A stretch of 60,530 nt of DNA, counting the filler, from Aduncisulcus paluster (Eukaryota), in assembly GCA_024181965.1 (NCBI GenBank). It is 5 parts of 5 records of this genome, joined end to end, with 100 filler letters (N's around TTAATTAATTAA, not from the genome) between each part and the next. Parts side by side here need not be neighbours in the genome. Positions count along the whole stretch, not along the records: positions 1 to 10,363 come from BQXS01010826.1; positions 10,464 to 29,934 come from BQXS01010827.1; 3 more parts are not named here. One strand, 5' to 3'. Numbering within the stretch: position 1 is the stretch's first letter; every line of letters begins with the position of its first letter. Positions 1 through 12,375 of this stretch are shown one piece after another. The position numbers and the translations under genes were made by a program. The notes under the pieces were generated by a model. That model saw nothing but the letters and a program-made list of their open reading frames with translations, was not told where the DNA came from and did no database searches.

Positions 1-1
1 T

Positions 2-475
2 ATTCATGTCTTTATTTGTGTTCTTTCTGCTATCGCCCACCTTCACAGCCAATCAATTGTTCACTGTGACCTGAAACCGACAAACATTTTGATTGATCCT
101 TCTGGCAATGGTATTCTGTGTGACTTTGAGGGATCTATTGACTGTAGTGAACGAACAATGCGTCTGTTGAGCCAAACCATGTACGTTGGTACTCCAGGTT
201 ACATTGCCCCCGAGTTGAGTGAAGCAATCAAGGAACATTCACGTCCACATCCTACCCCTGCAAGTGATATGTATTCGTTTGGGAAGCTATTGAAGGATGT
301 GATTGACATGCTCTCTGATGTCAGCGATATTTCTGTCCCTTCTGAATTGTCCAATATGTCTGCAATGTGTATGAGTTTAAATCCTAAAGATCGACCTACG
401 TCCTTGCAAATGCTGATCACAATGCAATCTTGCAAAGGACCTTTCCCTTCAATCAAGGAAGATGGGGTAAAGTGA
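2..475 (+). CDS. Ser/Thr protein kinase, C-terminal part (5' truncated by window edge)
   Basis: Open frame from base 2 reads ...HLHSQSIVHCDLKPTNILID..CDFEG..GTPGYIAPE..SDMYSFG..RPT (kinase subdomains VIb-XI). DFE replaces DFG. Confidence 0.9.
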   Translation: MHVFICVLSAIAHLHSQSIVHCDLKPTNILIDPSGNGILCDFEGSIDCSERTMRLLSQTMYVGTPGYIAPELSEAIKEHSRPHPTPASDMYSFGKLLKDVIDMLSDVSDISVPSELSNMSAMCMSLNPKDRPTSLQMLITMQSCKGPFPSIKEDGVK

Positions 476-857
476 AAAAAAAGGACGGAATAATGGATTC
501 AAAGGAAACAGAAAAACAAGAGGAAGAGATTGAAGATTCAATGGAGAAGATGTTACATGAACTAGATTTATTGATGTTGGAATAAGAACCGAATGAGTTT
601 CATAAAAGTTAAATCCCGATTCAAAAATTCCATCATTTGAAATATCATCCTCACTGAAGATCCTCAGGTTCTTTAACAGAGTGAAGGGATAAGGAAGAAT
701 AATTGGCTTCCTTATTCTTCCTGAGTCTTAATGTTCCAGTTAATCGTTAGAACCGAGTATCATTGCATAAATTCAAGAGTTCAATAAACGATTAAAATGA
801 AGATTAGCACAGCATGTTGTACAATATATGTTTCTATTAACATAGGATCTAACAACA

Positions 858-3800
858 TCAAATTATTTGCTTTTTCCTGTAAAACAGCACGTAAGCAGCA
901 GCAGTAACGATACTACAACGATTGACTTTGTGAGTATATGCATCATCAAAGGCATACCACTCTCCTTTACACTTTGCCAAAGCTGTATAATGCCCATATT
1001 TCAACCCCCCATAATGTTGTGATACAGCGTATAATTCATACTCGACACGTTTCTTCCTTGATTCTTCTGTCCCATCCTTTCCTCCTTGTTCAACGAACTC
1101 GCCAATGTCCAGACATGAGACTGGAAAGTCCACAGTTAATTGGATCTTTGTACATTCACCGTCACCCTCATGAGAGAATCGTTTAAGATGGAGAATTAAA
1201 AGCTCAGGACATCGTGCAAAAATCGAAGAGGTCGTGAAGGCTGTAGCACACTTGCATTTTGAACAAACACGTCCGACAGACGCTGGACAAGTATAGGCAG
1301 AAAAGAATGATTTAAGGCAGGAATCAAGAGGAATTTGGTATGGTTCAGATGGGATTCCAAGTTCTCTCACACCTTCTGCATGTGACATAAAATCAAATGA
1401 ATCAAAAGAAGAAGGATAGAATATTCCAGAGTTCTGATGGGGCGCAAGCTGTGTAATAGGGGCTTCAACAGATAATTGTTCATCATTTTGACACTTATTT
1501 TCCTCTCTTCCATCCAAGAAAACGGCACCACATGTGATAAACTCAAAGAATGAATGAAATATTGGGTTAGATTCAAGAATATTTCCCCAAGCTGACATAC
1601 TTATGTTCGGAAACAAATGTAACAAAACAGCGTGGGCATCTTTTTTCCATGACAAACCGACAGAAGGACCCTTCCAGACTCCACAGACACGTATATGATT
1701 ACCAATGAGACCGTCCAGTTCGTAGTATATTGGATGAATAATCTCAGAGGATTGTACAAGGTGGAAAGAAGAATCCATGAGGCCTCTGGAAGGAGATAGA
1801 ATTAAGGGAAGAAGTGATCCAATAAATTTCATAACATCGTCAACATCATCAACTCCGCTTTCTACAAGATACTTTTCAATATAATGCTTAACATTGTTGA
1901 CAACAGACGCCTTGATCGTATCAATAAACTTACCCACATACTCTGGTATGGATGTCACAGGAGTCGGGGGAATGATGAAAACAAAGGGGAAGCTGGATTC
2001 AGTATCATGGGTAATTGGATTCTTTCGTTTCTCTTCAACTTCAAGAAGAGCAATGTTAATTGGAGATGACTCAGATACACATGTCTTCACACTCACAGGA
2101 TGAACGGATTGTGTTGCACTCGAAGACTCAATCGAACCAGAACATGAGGAAGAAGAAGAAGAAGAAGAAGAAGAAGAGGGAAGAAGAAGAAGAGTCTACC
2201 ATTGAAGGAGTTGTTCCAACTGATCTCATAGTCACAGATGAATCACTAACAGACCCATCTGGACGTATCTCTGGTTTGTTCAAAGAGGTAGGAACAGGCG
2301 TGAGAAGATCATTGAAGACTTTCTCAGAAGGATCCTCAACAAGTTCGATGCACAACCTTGGAAGAGAATCTATGGGAAAAGTAATTTTCTCTCCTTCCTT
2401 AAGAGATGATATCTGCCCGTCTTCTCTTCGATTTTCTTCCTTTAATCGATTAAGCAAGCAATCGATATTTCTCTTCCATTTGTCTGGTTTCTGACTCCAT
2501 TGCTTTGGTTCATGTATTGGAAGGAGATGATAAGTCTGAATTGATATACTCTCATCCAAAATTGTTCCCCCATCAACTTTTCCATATCTATCCAAGAGCA
2601 TAACAACGACTGAATTGTTTAATAGAGCCTTGGATATTGATTTGAAATATGCTTTAGTAAGAGAGAAATTACAAGAGGAAGAAGAGGAATCAGAAGAGGA
2701 GGATATTTTATCAATTCTATTTTTGAGACCTCTACGAATGGCTTCGATACAATTAAGTTTGAGATCTTTGATTGCAACTCGACCAGAATCAGTTGACATT
2801 GAAGTAACAACCCTAAAGAATTTAAAGTGAATGGAGTCCACAAAAAAGAACTCAAAAGAAATATTTTGCTGAGGAATTGGAACAGACAGGATTGAAAATG
2901 GTTCATACATTTTCACAATATCACCACATCGACAGCACTGAAGCTTATTGCACAACAAACCGTAACATGTTCTAAAAATAACTGTATCATTCCCGTTGTT
3001 CAATAACCGCTTCCATTCTTTTTCGTTATCGGAGAGGGGGCTTGATTTGGGAGGTCTGTATGGGGAAATTCCAGAATCTGTTGCCAGGTATTTAGTTTTC
3101 AAAGAATCTTTCTCTTCCTCTTCCTTCTCCTCTTCTTCTTTCCAGCCCTTCGTTCTTCTTTTCCCGGCACAAGATGGAGATTTATCGATAGGTTTTGGCT
3201 GAGTGATAGTATTACTATTGTTATAATGGTCGTTATTTGATGATGTTTTTGAATGCTTTGAAGTTTTTTTTTCATGAGATTGTATTGAAGTTGAAGATGA
3301 ACTTAACACCGAAGATTGGCTCTTTTTCTTACATTTCACACCTTCATGCAGTGCATCCACCAAATACATAATAAATTCATGTGCGTCATGCTGGAAAGAT
3401 CCTCGAAATTGAGGAGCGATTGAGGCAATTGCTTGTTTAACAGAAAGAGGTGACAAAGAAGTGTGACCTCCACGCCAAAATGATCGTGAAAACCGTGCAA
3501 CAATGGTAGCAACATCACGGTATCCTTGGGAAATGTTTGAGAAATATGAAGGAGTTGTAAGAATTGATGAAGAAGATAAAGAAATTGTCGGATTTGAAGA
3601 GGGAGCAGAAGGAATAAGAGTTGATGATGATCTGAACAATGGCATTTGATACCAAAATGGAAGAGAAGGCGTCGAGGCTGAAAAAAGAGATGGGAAAATA
3701 GAACCTGATGATGGAGAGTGTTTTTTATGAGATAACTCTTCTTCGACTCTAGCTATAAAAATATCTTCATCAATTTGTTCAGAAATAAGATATTGAACAA

Positions 3801-3945
3801 GTGGATTTGAATGTAACAAACATTGAAGACCACTATTCATGTAACACGTATTACCTAAGTTTGAAAGACCACATATTGGGGCTATATGTGCATAGAAGGA
3901 ATCTCCAATTGATTTACGTGGTTGAACTTGGATGGGTAGGTCCAT
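858..3945 (-). CDS. Ubiquitin-specific protease (USP/peptidase C19), split by a 1-nt frameshift near 2178-2180
   Basis: ORF 2128-3996 has the Cys box GLSNLGNTCYMNSGLQCL and QHDAHEF. ORF 858-2096 has LILHLKRF, the His box YAVSQHYGGLKYGHYTA, WYAFDD and AYVLFY. Removing one base in the poly-Ser tract joins them in frame. Start placed at MDLPIQ (3945) is an estimate. Confidence 0.9.
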
Positions 3946-4232
3946 AAAGGGCAAATAAGAAAGATTTACTGAATCTATTTTATACATGAAAATCAATACC
4001 TATTATATACATTTTATCATATTTAGACACCGTTTTGTTTTAATTCGTATATTTTTAATTATTGGATATTGGAGGAACCTGTATTAATTTTCCTCCGGCC
4101 AATTGAAAAGTATTTTAAAGTTGGTTGTTACAAAATAATTTAAAACATTCTTATCAAATTCAAAAAGTCATTTAAATTTCTCCATGTCTATCGATCAAGG
4201 AAAAGAGAGAAATCTGATGTTTTGTTGGGAAT

Positions 4233-6020
4233 ATGGAAAAAAAGGAGGATGATATCTTGGCTCAATATTTTTCAATCAACAAAGAATTAAAAAAACAGAA
4301 TTCTAAACTCTTGTTCCTTCAAGAGTATCGAGATTCGCTAAAAGATCTACTCTCTTGTCTCAGTTCCAGAAAATATGCACAATATGTCAAAATTCCTTCA
4401 ATTAATACAAAACAAGAAGTCAATATCAACTGTACATCATTATTACTTGGGTTGTCTAAGCTGTCAACGGATTTTATACCAAAAGCATCCAATATCGTTC
4501 TAAAACAACAATCAAAACAATTAAAAGAGTTAAAAAATGACGAATTAAATCCAAAACCAAAGAAACACCCCCAGAAATCCTCCAGATCCCCCTCAGAATT
4601 CCCAAAATACCCTTTGTATTATCATATGCTGATTCCTACACTTACTAAAAGGGATATGATTAGAACAAAACGACGTATAAATATAAACAAAAAGGAAATA
4701 CTTTCTTTTGAAGGTGTTTTCGCCCTATATTCTGCTTTTAAGTTTTCCTTCACAAAATTCAAACTTCCAGAAGATATGAGTCCTGTAGATTCCTTATTCC
4801 ACGACCTGAGGAAATATTATCCGTTATATTTTTGTGATAAATCTTTATCTAAACAAGCATCCAAACAATCTTCCATATCCTCCAAAATTACAAATTCAAC
4901 AATTTTATCGACAAAAATCCCAATATTACCGTGGAAAGAGAGGTTAAAAATGATTGAAAAACAGAAATCAACAATGGAACAAAACAGAGATGTTTTTGAA
5001 TGGTGTGTGGAACAAATCATGAAACAAAAGGCTATTATTGAGGCTAAAAAGCAACATATTCGTGAGCAACATCGTAAAGAACGCCGGAAAATGTGGTTTG
5101 AATTCGACAAACAATCTGAAGAACTCAAATCGAAAGTTGATTCTTCAGAAATAGTTCCATGTGAAGAAACAAAGAAAGATGAAGAGGAAGAGGGCGATTA
5201 TTCATCTGTCCCCCCATCAATTGGAACCAAATCATCATATTCTTTATTGCATTTCCCTGTTTTCCGGCATTCTCATTCCCACACATTGCTTGGAACTCCT
5301 ACTCGGGATATTCCCTTCTCCTTTTGTGAATTGAGTGCCCTATCTCTTCCATTTAGGGCCGATATGATAGCCGATAATCCCTTATCAAGGCGGTTGTTAT
5401 ATGATTCACACAGAAGCATTATGAAATCTCCTTTCTCTTATCCATTGTCTTCTTCTTTTCTTCCATCGGCAATCCACCCATCAAGCACTCCAATACCTTC
5501 AGATTATTTCTCAAATGTGACTTCTAACCCACATTTCTTCCAATTTAGAACAATTCAGCCAAAAGTGGATAAATCTTCAGGTTGTGTCTATCTGGCTGAT
5601 CCCGAGGGATTCCTTGCATCGGAAACACTGTTAGATGCCCGACATGAACCGATTCCAGCTTCATCAATGGCTCCTTTGGGGGAATTTAGACGTGAACTCG
5701 AATGCGAAGCTCAGAAAGCAAAAGCTCTTCTTGCTTTGACAGAGACACGAGCATTGCCAATATATAAGAGAGCTTCAACCTGTGTGATGAATGAAGGGAG
5801 TTCTGTCAAATTTATGGAGAAAGTACTCGATTTCTGTTCCAAAAACACAATTTTAAGTGACACTTCACCAAAATCAAGGCGAGGGCTGTGGCCGCTTAAA
5901 ATGTTGGATAATTCTTTTACTCGTGTTCAAAATGATGTTAAACAGAAGCCAAAAGAAAAGAATTGGTACCATATTGAACTTTATGTCTCTCCAGATGAAA
6001 TGATGAAGATAAATAAATGA
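4233..6020 (+). CDS. Hypothetical protein with coiled-coil segments (595 aa)
   Basis: Long ATG-initiated ORF with K/E/Q-rich heptad-like stretches. No family recognised. Confidence 0.75.
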   Translation: MEKKEDDILAQYFSINKELKKQNSKLLFLQEYRDSLKDLLSCLSSRKYAQYVKIPSINTKQEVNINCTSLLLGLSKLSTDFIPKASNIVLKQQSKQLKELKNDELNPKPKKHPQKSSRSPSEFPKYPLYYHMLIPTLTKRDMIRTKRRININKKEILSFEGVFALYSAFKFSFTKFKLPEDMSPVDSLFHDLRKYYPLYFCDKSLSKQASKQSSISSKITNSTILSTKIPILPWKERLKMIEKQKSTMEQNRDVFEWCVEQIMKQKAIIEAKKQHIREQHRKERRKMWFEFDKQSEELKSKVDSSEIVPCEETKKDEEEEGDYSSVPPSIGTKSSYSLLHFPVFRHSHSHTLLGTPTRDIPFSFCELSALSLPFRADMIADNPLSRRLLYDSHRSIMKSPFSYPLSSSFLPSAIHPSSTPIPSDYFSNVTSNPHFFQFRTIQPKVDKSSGCVYLADPEGFLASETLLDARHEPIPASSMAPLGEFRRELECEAQKAKALLALTETRALPIYKRASTCVMNEGSSVKFMEKVLDFCSKNTILSDTSPKSRRGLWPLKMLDNSFTRVQNDVKQKPKEKNWYHIELYVSPDEMMKINK

Positions 6021-6189
6021 ATTATTCATATTTTATTAAATTGAATTGTATAAATCCATAATCAATCATAAATTTTCTATTTATTCTTCCATTTGAATAT
6101 TGTTTTGATTAACCCCGATTTTGGAGATATTTAGCGCATTTAACATTGTTTATTGGTATTTATTTTGCAACAATTTTATTAATATTTCG

Positions 6190-9100
6190 ATGAATGTGTA
6201 TTATTCATCCGATTCTGGCCATAAATCAATGAGCCAGCTATCGGCCCAAAAATCCAAAAGAGAAGGCTATAGTAACCACTTTAAGAAATTATCAACATCA
6301 AGTATACATAATCATCAAAGTTCTGGAGCCTTGAAGCTTCTCAATGGGTTTTTCTTCCTGAAACAACGCGTGAACCTTCCTTTGCTTCCTTTTTTATTTT
6401 TGTTATTCTTTGAGAATGCTCAGGTTAACTTGTTAACATTAACTCTTATTTCCCCTGATTTTACATCTATTAGAAGAGCTCTTCCACTTTTTTCGAATAT
6501 TTTTCTTTTTTCTATACAAGAGGGTACCAATCCGTTTAGCTTCCTTACTCCCTTTTTATTCCTTTTAATATTTCCAATATTTAGTATAATTGTGTTATTA
6601 TGGGCAGCAAATAAGAAGAATCTCTATCTCCTTGATTATTCTCCTATATCGCAAGTAGTGACGTCTATTTTTGCAACAATATCATTTATTTCGCCCATAT
6701 TAACCTTTTATCCCATCCTATTTGTCTCATCTTCCCTTACTGTTCCTCAAGTGGCGGCCTTTATTTCTCCCAATTCCACCATACTAAAATATTTGGTTAT
6801 GTGTAGTGGTTGGGTCGTAATTATTATTCTGGTTATCATAAAAACAATTTATGCTATATTCTTTTATAATCCTCAGCTAAAAGATTTCCCATCACATCAC
6901 AGAATCTTAGCCCGAGATGATATCTTTAAATTCATTATTCATTGTTCTTATTTTGTATTTGTGTGGCATTTCAGAAGTTTTCCATCCTTCTCCCTTGTTT
7001 TATTTGGCTGCCTTGAATTTATTATTTTTACAATCAAATTAATTTCAAGTTCTTATTACTCCATCCTTGTTAATGTCTCTGAATGTGCCATCCACTTTCA
7101 AACAGCTTTTTGTTCTTTACTTGTTGTTCCAATTGTATCCTTTTTAGCCCCTCAAAACCTATTTTATATGTATTATACCTTAATTTCTATTATTTTTTCC
7201 CTTTTTGGTGCTGGAATATGTTATTTGTTTCTCAAATCCCAAAATAGAAATACTTCTATATCTATTTTGATGACATTAAACCATATAACTTCCATTTCTT
7301 CAGATTTTTCTGCAAATTATATTTCCCCAACGGTTGGAATTCCTTCAAATACTTTTGCAAACATTTCAAAGGAATGGAAAACCCATTCACACAAACATCT
7401 GAAGAAAAAAACAATAACTTATATTGATGAACCCGTAATCATTGGTGATGTATCTGCTTGGAAATGCCAAGATCAAATTCACACCCATGATGAAGATATT
7501 TCCCATAAAAAAGACGATAAGAATGAAACCGATGAATCTTTTATCAAGGATCTAAAATTAGATACTTCTCACCATTCTCTCACTCANNNNNNNNNNNNNN
7601 NNNNNNATTTCAAAGGAATGGAAAACCCATTCACACAAACATCTGAAGAAAAAAACAATAACTTATATTGATGAACCCGTAATCATTGGTGATGTATCTG
7701 CTTGGAAATGCCAAGATCAAATTCACACCCATGATGAAGATATTTCCCATAAAAAAGACGATAAGAATGAAACCGATGAATCTTTTATCAAGGATCTAAA
7801 ATTAGATACTTCTCACCATTCTCTCACTCACAAAACTTCGAGGATTAAAGGTCAATCTTCTATCAATAATCCTTATATGTCCTCCTCTTCTTCCCCTTTT
7901 CAATCCTCTATTACGTTTGAGGGAATTTCTGGACAAACAATTCAACATCATTCGTACACTTATCACCCTCCCTTAACACAGAAAGAGCTTGATGAAGAAA
8001 CTGCCATTCTTGAAGAGAAAGTTAAGAAACAAACACAATCTTCTCACCATCCAAAAATAGCACAATCATTTAGTCCAAGTTTGGGAATGGCACCAATTCT
8101 AAAATTAGAATCTCATGAAACTTCACATTCCCACCCTTCTGGAGATATCTCACCATCTCCATTATTAATCAAGGCATCCACATCAATCTTTAACAATAAC
8201 ACAGGCAATATTGATGGAAATAATATATCGTCTTATAACATTGATATTATCGATAAGACATTTAATCGTCGGGAGCATTCTTCTTCAACCCGTCATCAGA
8301 TGCCATCTCCAAAAATAATGGATACAAAACCACATTTCTTGACAATAGATTCTAAATCTATCCTTTGTAAGCACCTTCCAAAGCATTATTACCCATACCT
8401 ATCTAAAATTCCCTTTGATTTATTTCGTTTTCCTCCTATTTCAGTGTCTAGAGCAAAAAGAGAAATATTGGGTTTGAGGAAATGTCCCGCTGATGTTTTT
8501 AGCAAGATCAAACAAAGTCAAGAAAGACCAGACGAAGTGTCTCATTTCGTTGATATAAACGATCTTAAATCTTCCCTACATGAACTTTCTACACATTTTT
8601 TTCATGCAACATCTCCCTGGTCGTTTATAATCTCCATTCTTCCACTTATTCATTCTGTTCGAATTCTTTATTATTTGAGACAATTGGTGGATTATGCTGA
8701 ACTCAAACAAGACAATCAAACATCTCCCACATCCCTCAATTTCAAATCCTTACGAAGGGAGTGTAGAGCACAAGGCATTCGATGGTCATGCGGGTTTTCT
8801 TCCATTTGTTCGCTTGTTTGTGCGTTGTATGAGANNNNNNNNNNNNNNNNNNNNTCCACTTATTCATTCTGTTCGAATTCTTTATTATTTGAGACAATTG
8901 GTGGATTATGCTGAACTCAAACAAGACAATCAAACATCTCCCACATCCCTCAATTTCAAATCCTTACGAAGGGAGTGTAGAGCACAAGGCATTCGATGGT
9001 CATGCGGGTTTTCTTCCATTTGTTCGCTTGTTTGTGCGTTGTATGAGATTGCTTTGGATATTTTCCCTCTGAATGGTCTTCTTTTGTCTCATTATTCGGT

Positions 9101-10363
9101 GTTTCTATTTTCATTCAAGCCAGAACGTGCTCTATTTTACTTACGCAAGACAGCAGAAGTCAAAATGAAGCTCCCTATCGATCTGAGAACGACAATTTAC
9201 TCTGTTCATGAACTCCACAAGCTTTCCCAGATTCGGTCAGATGCCATAGGTGTAAAACAAGGGAAGAACCTCCGTCGAATCAAACATTTGGTGACTTCCG
9301 GGGTGTCTCAGCTCAAAAATCTTTGGGGAATATTTGTGCATTCTTCACAAGCGTCCAATGAAGTCTATCAACTGTCTCATGGATCAGATGCCGAAGCTAA
9401 GAGTCAGCATTTCCACCCAGTATCTCCATGTCCCCATGTCAGTAATAGTATCCGTGATATGAAAGGAAAGAGAAGAGAAACAGGAAGTGATTCCAAGCGT
9501 AACCAACATAGTTCGATGTCCTCATCGAAGGGTGACGATGAAGATATCCTTCGTTCTCAACACATTACACCCTTTTCAGATCCTATTACTCAAACTCCCA
9601 TAACCATTGCCCAATCTACTCTTTCACCTGTTCAATCTGTCGGTATACTATCGCTGACAACACATTATCCATCTCATCAAATCTCATCTCCCTGTAGAAC
9701 TTCTGATCACCATGAAGGGTCACAGAAAATCATATCGGACAAAAGTACAATCAGCCAACCATTTCAAAAAAGTCCTTCACGAAGTGTCACAGAGTTTGGA
9801 ACAATGGTTAAACCAACTCCAATATCGTCCTTATCTTCCGTGTCTCCGTCTCTCAAGGAAGGATTTATGATGCCACAAATGCCCTTGTTACAAAGCATTC
9901 CAAATACTCAAAAACGTACCACTGAAAGTGAAGATCTTGTTAGAAATGTTGATATTATTGACAATTTTGAGGAAATATACGATCGAACTACTGCTGAACG
10001 TAATAGAATTACTTTCAAAAAAGCAACTAAGTCCACCCCCCTGAAACAACCCTTCTTGTCCGCTTCATTAAGACACTCAAAGGGACCTCAACAGAGTCCT
10101 AGGGTCCATATATCTGGTACATTTGAAGTCCTTTCAATGTCCGAGAGTGGTCATAGATCAGCCCCCTATGAAATAATAGCCTCTCGCCCCGTCCATTCAA
10201 CTTCAAGCTCATCCTCTGAGACTCCAGATCTTATTTCCATCATCTTATCCTCGTCCAATGAATCCAAACACCGTCACAATCCCAAGAATAGCCATTATCC
10301 TGTGGTGCTTGGATCCACAAGGAAGACAAGAGGGACCGTAGTTCTTATTCGAAGTGATGTCAG
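6190..10363 (+). CDS. Large multi-pass membrane protein, possibly TmcB/TmcC-like; 3' truncated at contig end
   Basis: ORFs at 6121, 7877 and 8694 become one frame once the two gap-flanking duplications (244 and 214 nt including Ns) are removed. About 8 hydrophobic N-terminal helices. The segment YEIALDIFP..LLLSHYSVFL..ALFYLRK..PIDLRTTIY resembles the TPR-like region of TmcB/C proteins (family call tentative). Confidence 0.7.
7363..7830. repeat. Assembly artefact: 224-bp duplication around a 20-N gap
   Basis: 7363-7586 is repeated at 7607-7830; Ns at 7587-7606. Confidence 0.9.
8641..9048. repeat. Assembly artefact: 194-bp duplication around a 20-N gap
   Basis: 8641-8834 is repeated at 8855-9048; Ns at 8835-8854. 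Confidence 0.9.
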
Positions 10364-10463
10364 NNNNNNNNNNNNNNNNNNNNNNNNNNNNNNNNNNNNN
10401 NNNNNNNTTAATTAATTAANNNNNNNNNNNNNNNNNNNNNNNNNNNNNNNNNNNNNNNNNNNN
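10364..10463. other. Artificial contig linker
   Basis: 44 N + TTAATTAATTAA (stops in all six frames) + 44 N. Confidence 0.98.
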
Positions 10464-12084
10464 GGATGGAAAAGGACATCGGAACAGGTTTGATAAAACT
10501 TTTCACTAGTGAGCAAATGTCCCCATTTTCCGGGCATATCTTTTGCAATAGAGGTCGCGAAGAGGCTTGAGAGGCGACATGCCCTATTTACGGTGTCATT
10601 TCAAACGGGCAAAAGTTTGTCCGGCTTGGATGTGCATTATGTCGTAGAGAGCTGTGCTATCTCAAGGATTATGAAATGAAGACTTTGGAAACTGATCCCA
10701 GACCGCCTGTATGACGTGTCTGGAGACCTCTGTTTTAAACCAAAAACTGAAGTTTTTCTGAAAGAAAAATTTATATAGCAAAATATTACTTATCAAAAGG
10801 AAGTCTTTGTTTATTTCTTTTCGCACAAAGCAGAGTTTGCCGTCATATAAATAATTACAAACTTTATTTATAATTACACAAGTTTGCTGAGTTTGTATAA
10901 TCTTTTTGAGAAAAAGAGATTCTTTTGTGCAAAAGAAAAAAAGAAAACTTGAAGATCTTCTTTCTCCAAAACCAATTCCTCCTCCATGACTCTGTTAAGT
11001 GGTCCGCGATTTCCTCCGTGCTTGAGGTTAAGTCATGTCGAAATAATATCGTGAGCGATTATTATTAGTTATTGCAGATCTCCAAGCTTGATAAAATATG
11101 CATGTTTCTATCTGTTCTTAAAATATGTTGAAGGTTCTTCACTCACGACCTCGACCACTTCAGAGAAACTTGGGGGAAAATATTTTGTCTTTTGAGAATC
11201 TTGGTCACAAATGAGCCATTGAGTAGTATTATCAAAGCATTTCTTGATGTCGATTTTCTTTTTTTTTTTTTTTTGATATGTATCCGTTTATTGTTCAGTT
11301 TCATCTTTTTATCTTTTTATAAGAGTTCAGAACAGTTTCAATGAGAGGGGAAGTTTTTTATATGTCCTAAATTTGTTCAAAAGGATTGTATTGCTTCGAA
11401 AAATGTTTCTCTTGAAATTTAGTACATTCTTTTTCGATTGTTTTTTTCGAATTATGTATTTAAATCGATCTGCAACTATTTGATACAAATTCAAGCACAA
11501 TTTCGAAACTTTGATCTATTTTTAGAATTTCTATTTTTAGAATTATCAAAAAAAAGATACTCTGTATTTGCATTTTTTTGTGAATATGGCTACTAATCTT
11601 CACAGATTTTTTCTTTTTTCACTTTTCTGGAAGTGAAACCATCATAATGATAGAAATTGTGGTTTTCATCGAGTTTTGATGCAGTTATTATTATTTTCGT
11701 TAGACAGATACCTTTTATTTGGTATATATCCACAAATTCTGTCGTTTTGTTATCCTCAAAGTCTTGAAGGAATGACGAATACAATTATTAAATTAAGAAA
11801 CTGATGAAGAATGTAAAAAAATCTTTTTGATCGGTAATGAGTAGCTCTCATCTATCATTTCAAATTGCTTCAAAAGAACACAAGATTAACCAGAATTTCC
11901 TAATTTTTCTGATAAAAATATAGGAAATGTAGCTGAAGAATTGATTTATTATATGGTTCGTGAGTTGATAAATCATCGTTGATAAATTCACAATAAGATT
12001 CTAAGAACATAAAATGAGAATATAAATTTCTATAATACAGTCTGTATTATATATTACATAAAATAATTAACAAAATTAATTGTC

Positions 12085-12158
12085 GCCCACTTAGCTCAGT
12101 TGGTTAGAGCGGTACACTAGTAATGTACAGGTCATGAGTTCAAATCTCATAGCGGGCT
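12085..12158 (+). tRNA. tRNA-Thr(AGT)
   Basis: Cloverleaf: acceptor GCCCACT/AGCGGGC, D arm GCTC/GAGC, anticodon arm GTACA-CTAGTAA-TGTAC, T arm ATGAG-TTCAAAT-CTCAT. Followed by a T-run (Pol III terminator). Confidence 0.95.
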
Positions 12159-12375
12159 TTTTAAAGTAATCTGGTTTCGTAAGAATTATTCGATTGTTAT
12201 CATTCGGAATAACCATGTGCCACAAGAGATAATAGTTTAAACGTATCGGTTGGATCAATATATCACGATATTTATTTATTTTTCAAAAATAATTTTGGAT
12301 CACCAAGAAACAACAGAGTATGTGACAGGAGAAATGAAATATTGTAATGAAAATTGATGAAATAAGATAATAATA

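Noticed and set aside
10364-10463. Recurrent palindrome TTAATTAATTAA (also at 29935, 39667, 51294)
   Set aside because: Identical 100-nt N-padded six-frame-stop linker; a pipeline artefact.
10940-11280. Alternative genetic code (TAA/TAG = Gln as in hexamitid diplomonads)
   Set aside because: Conserved genes end at TAA exactly where expected (calcineurin B, dynein, FKBP), and this stretch also contains TGA.
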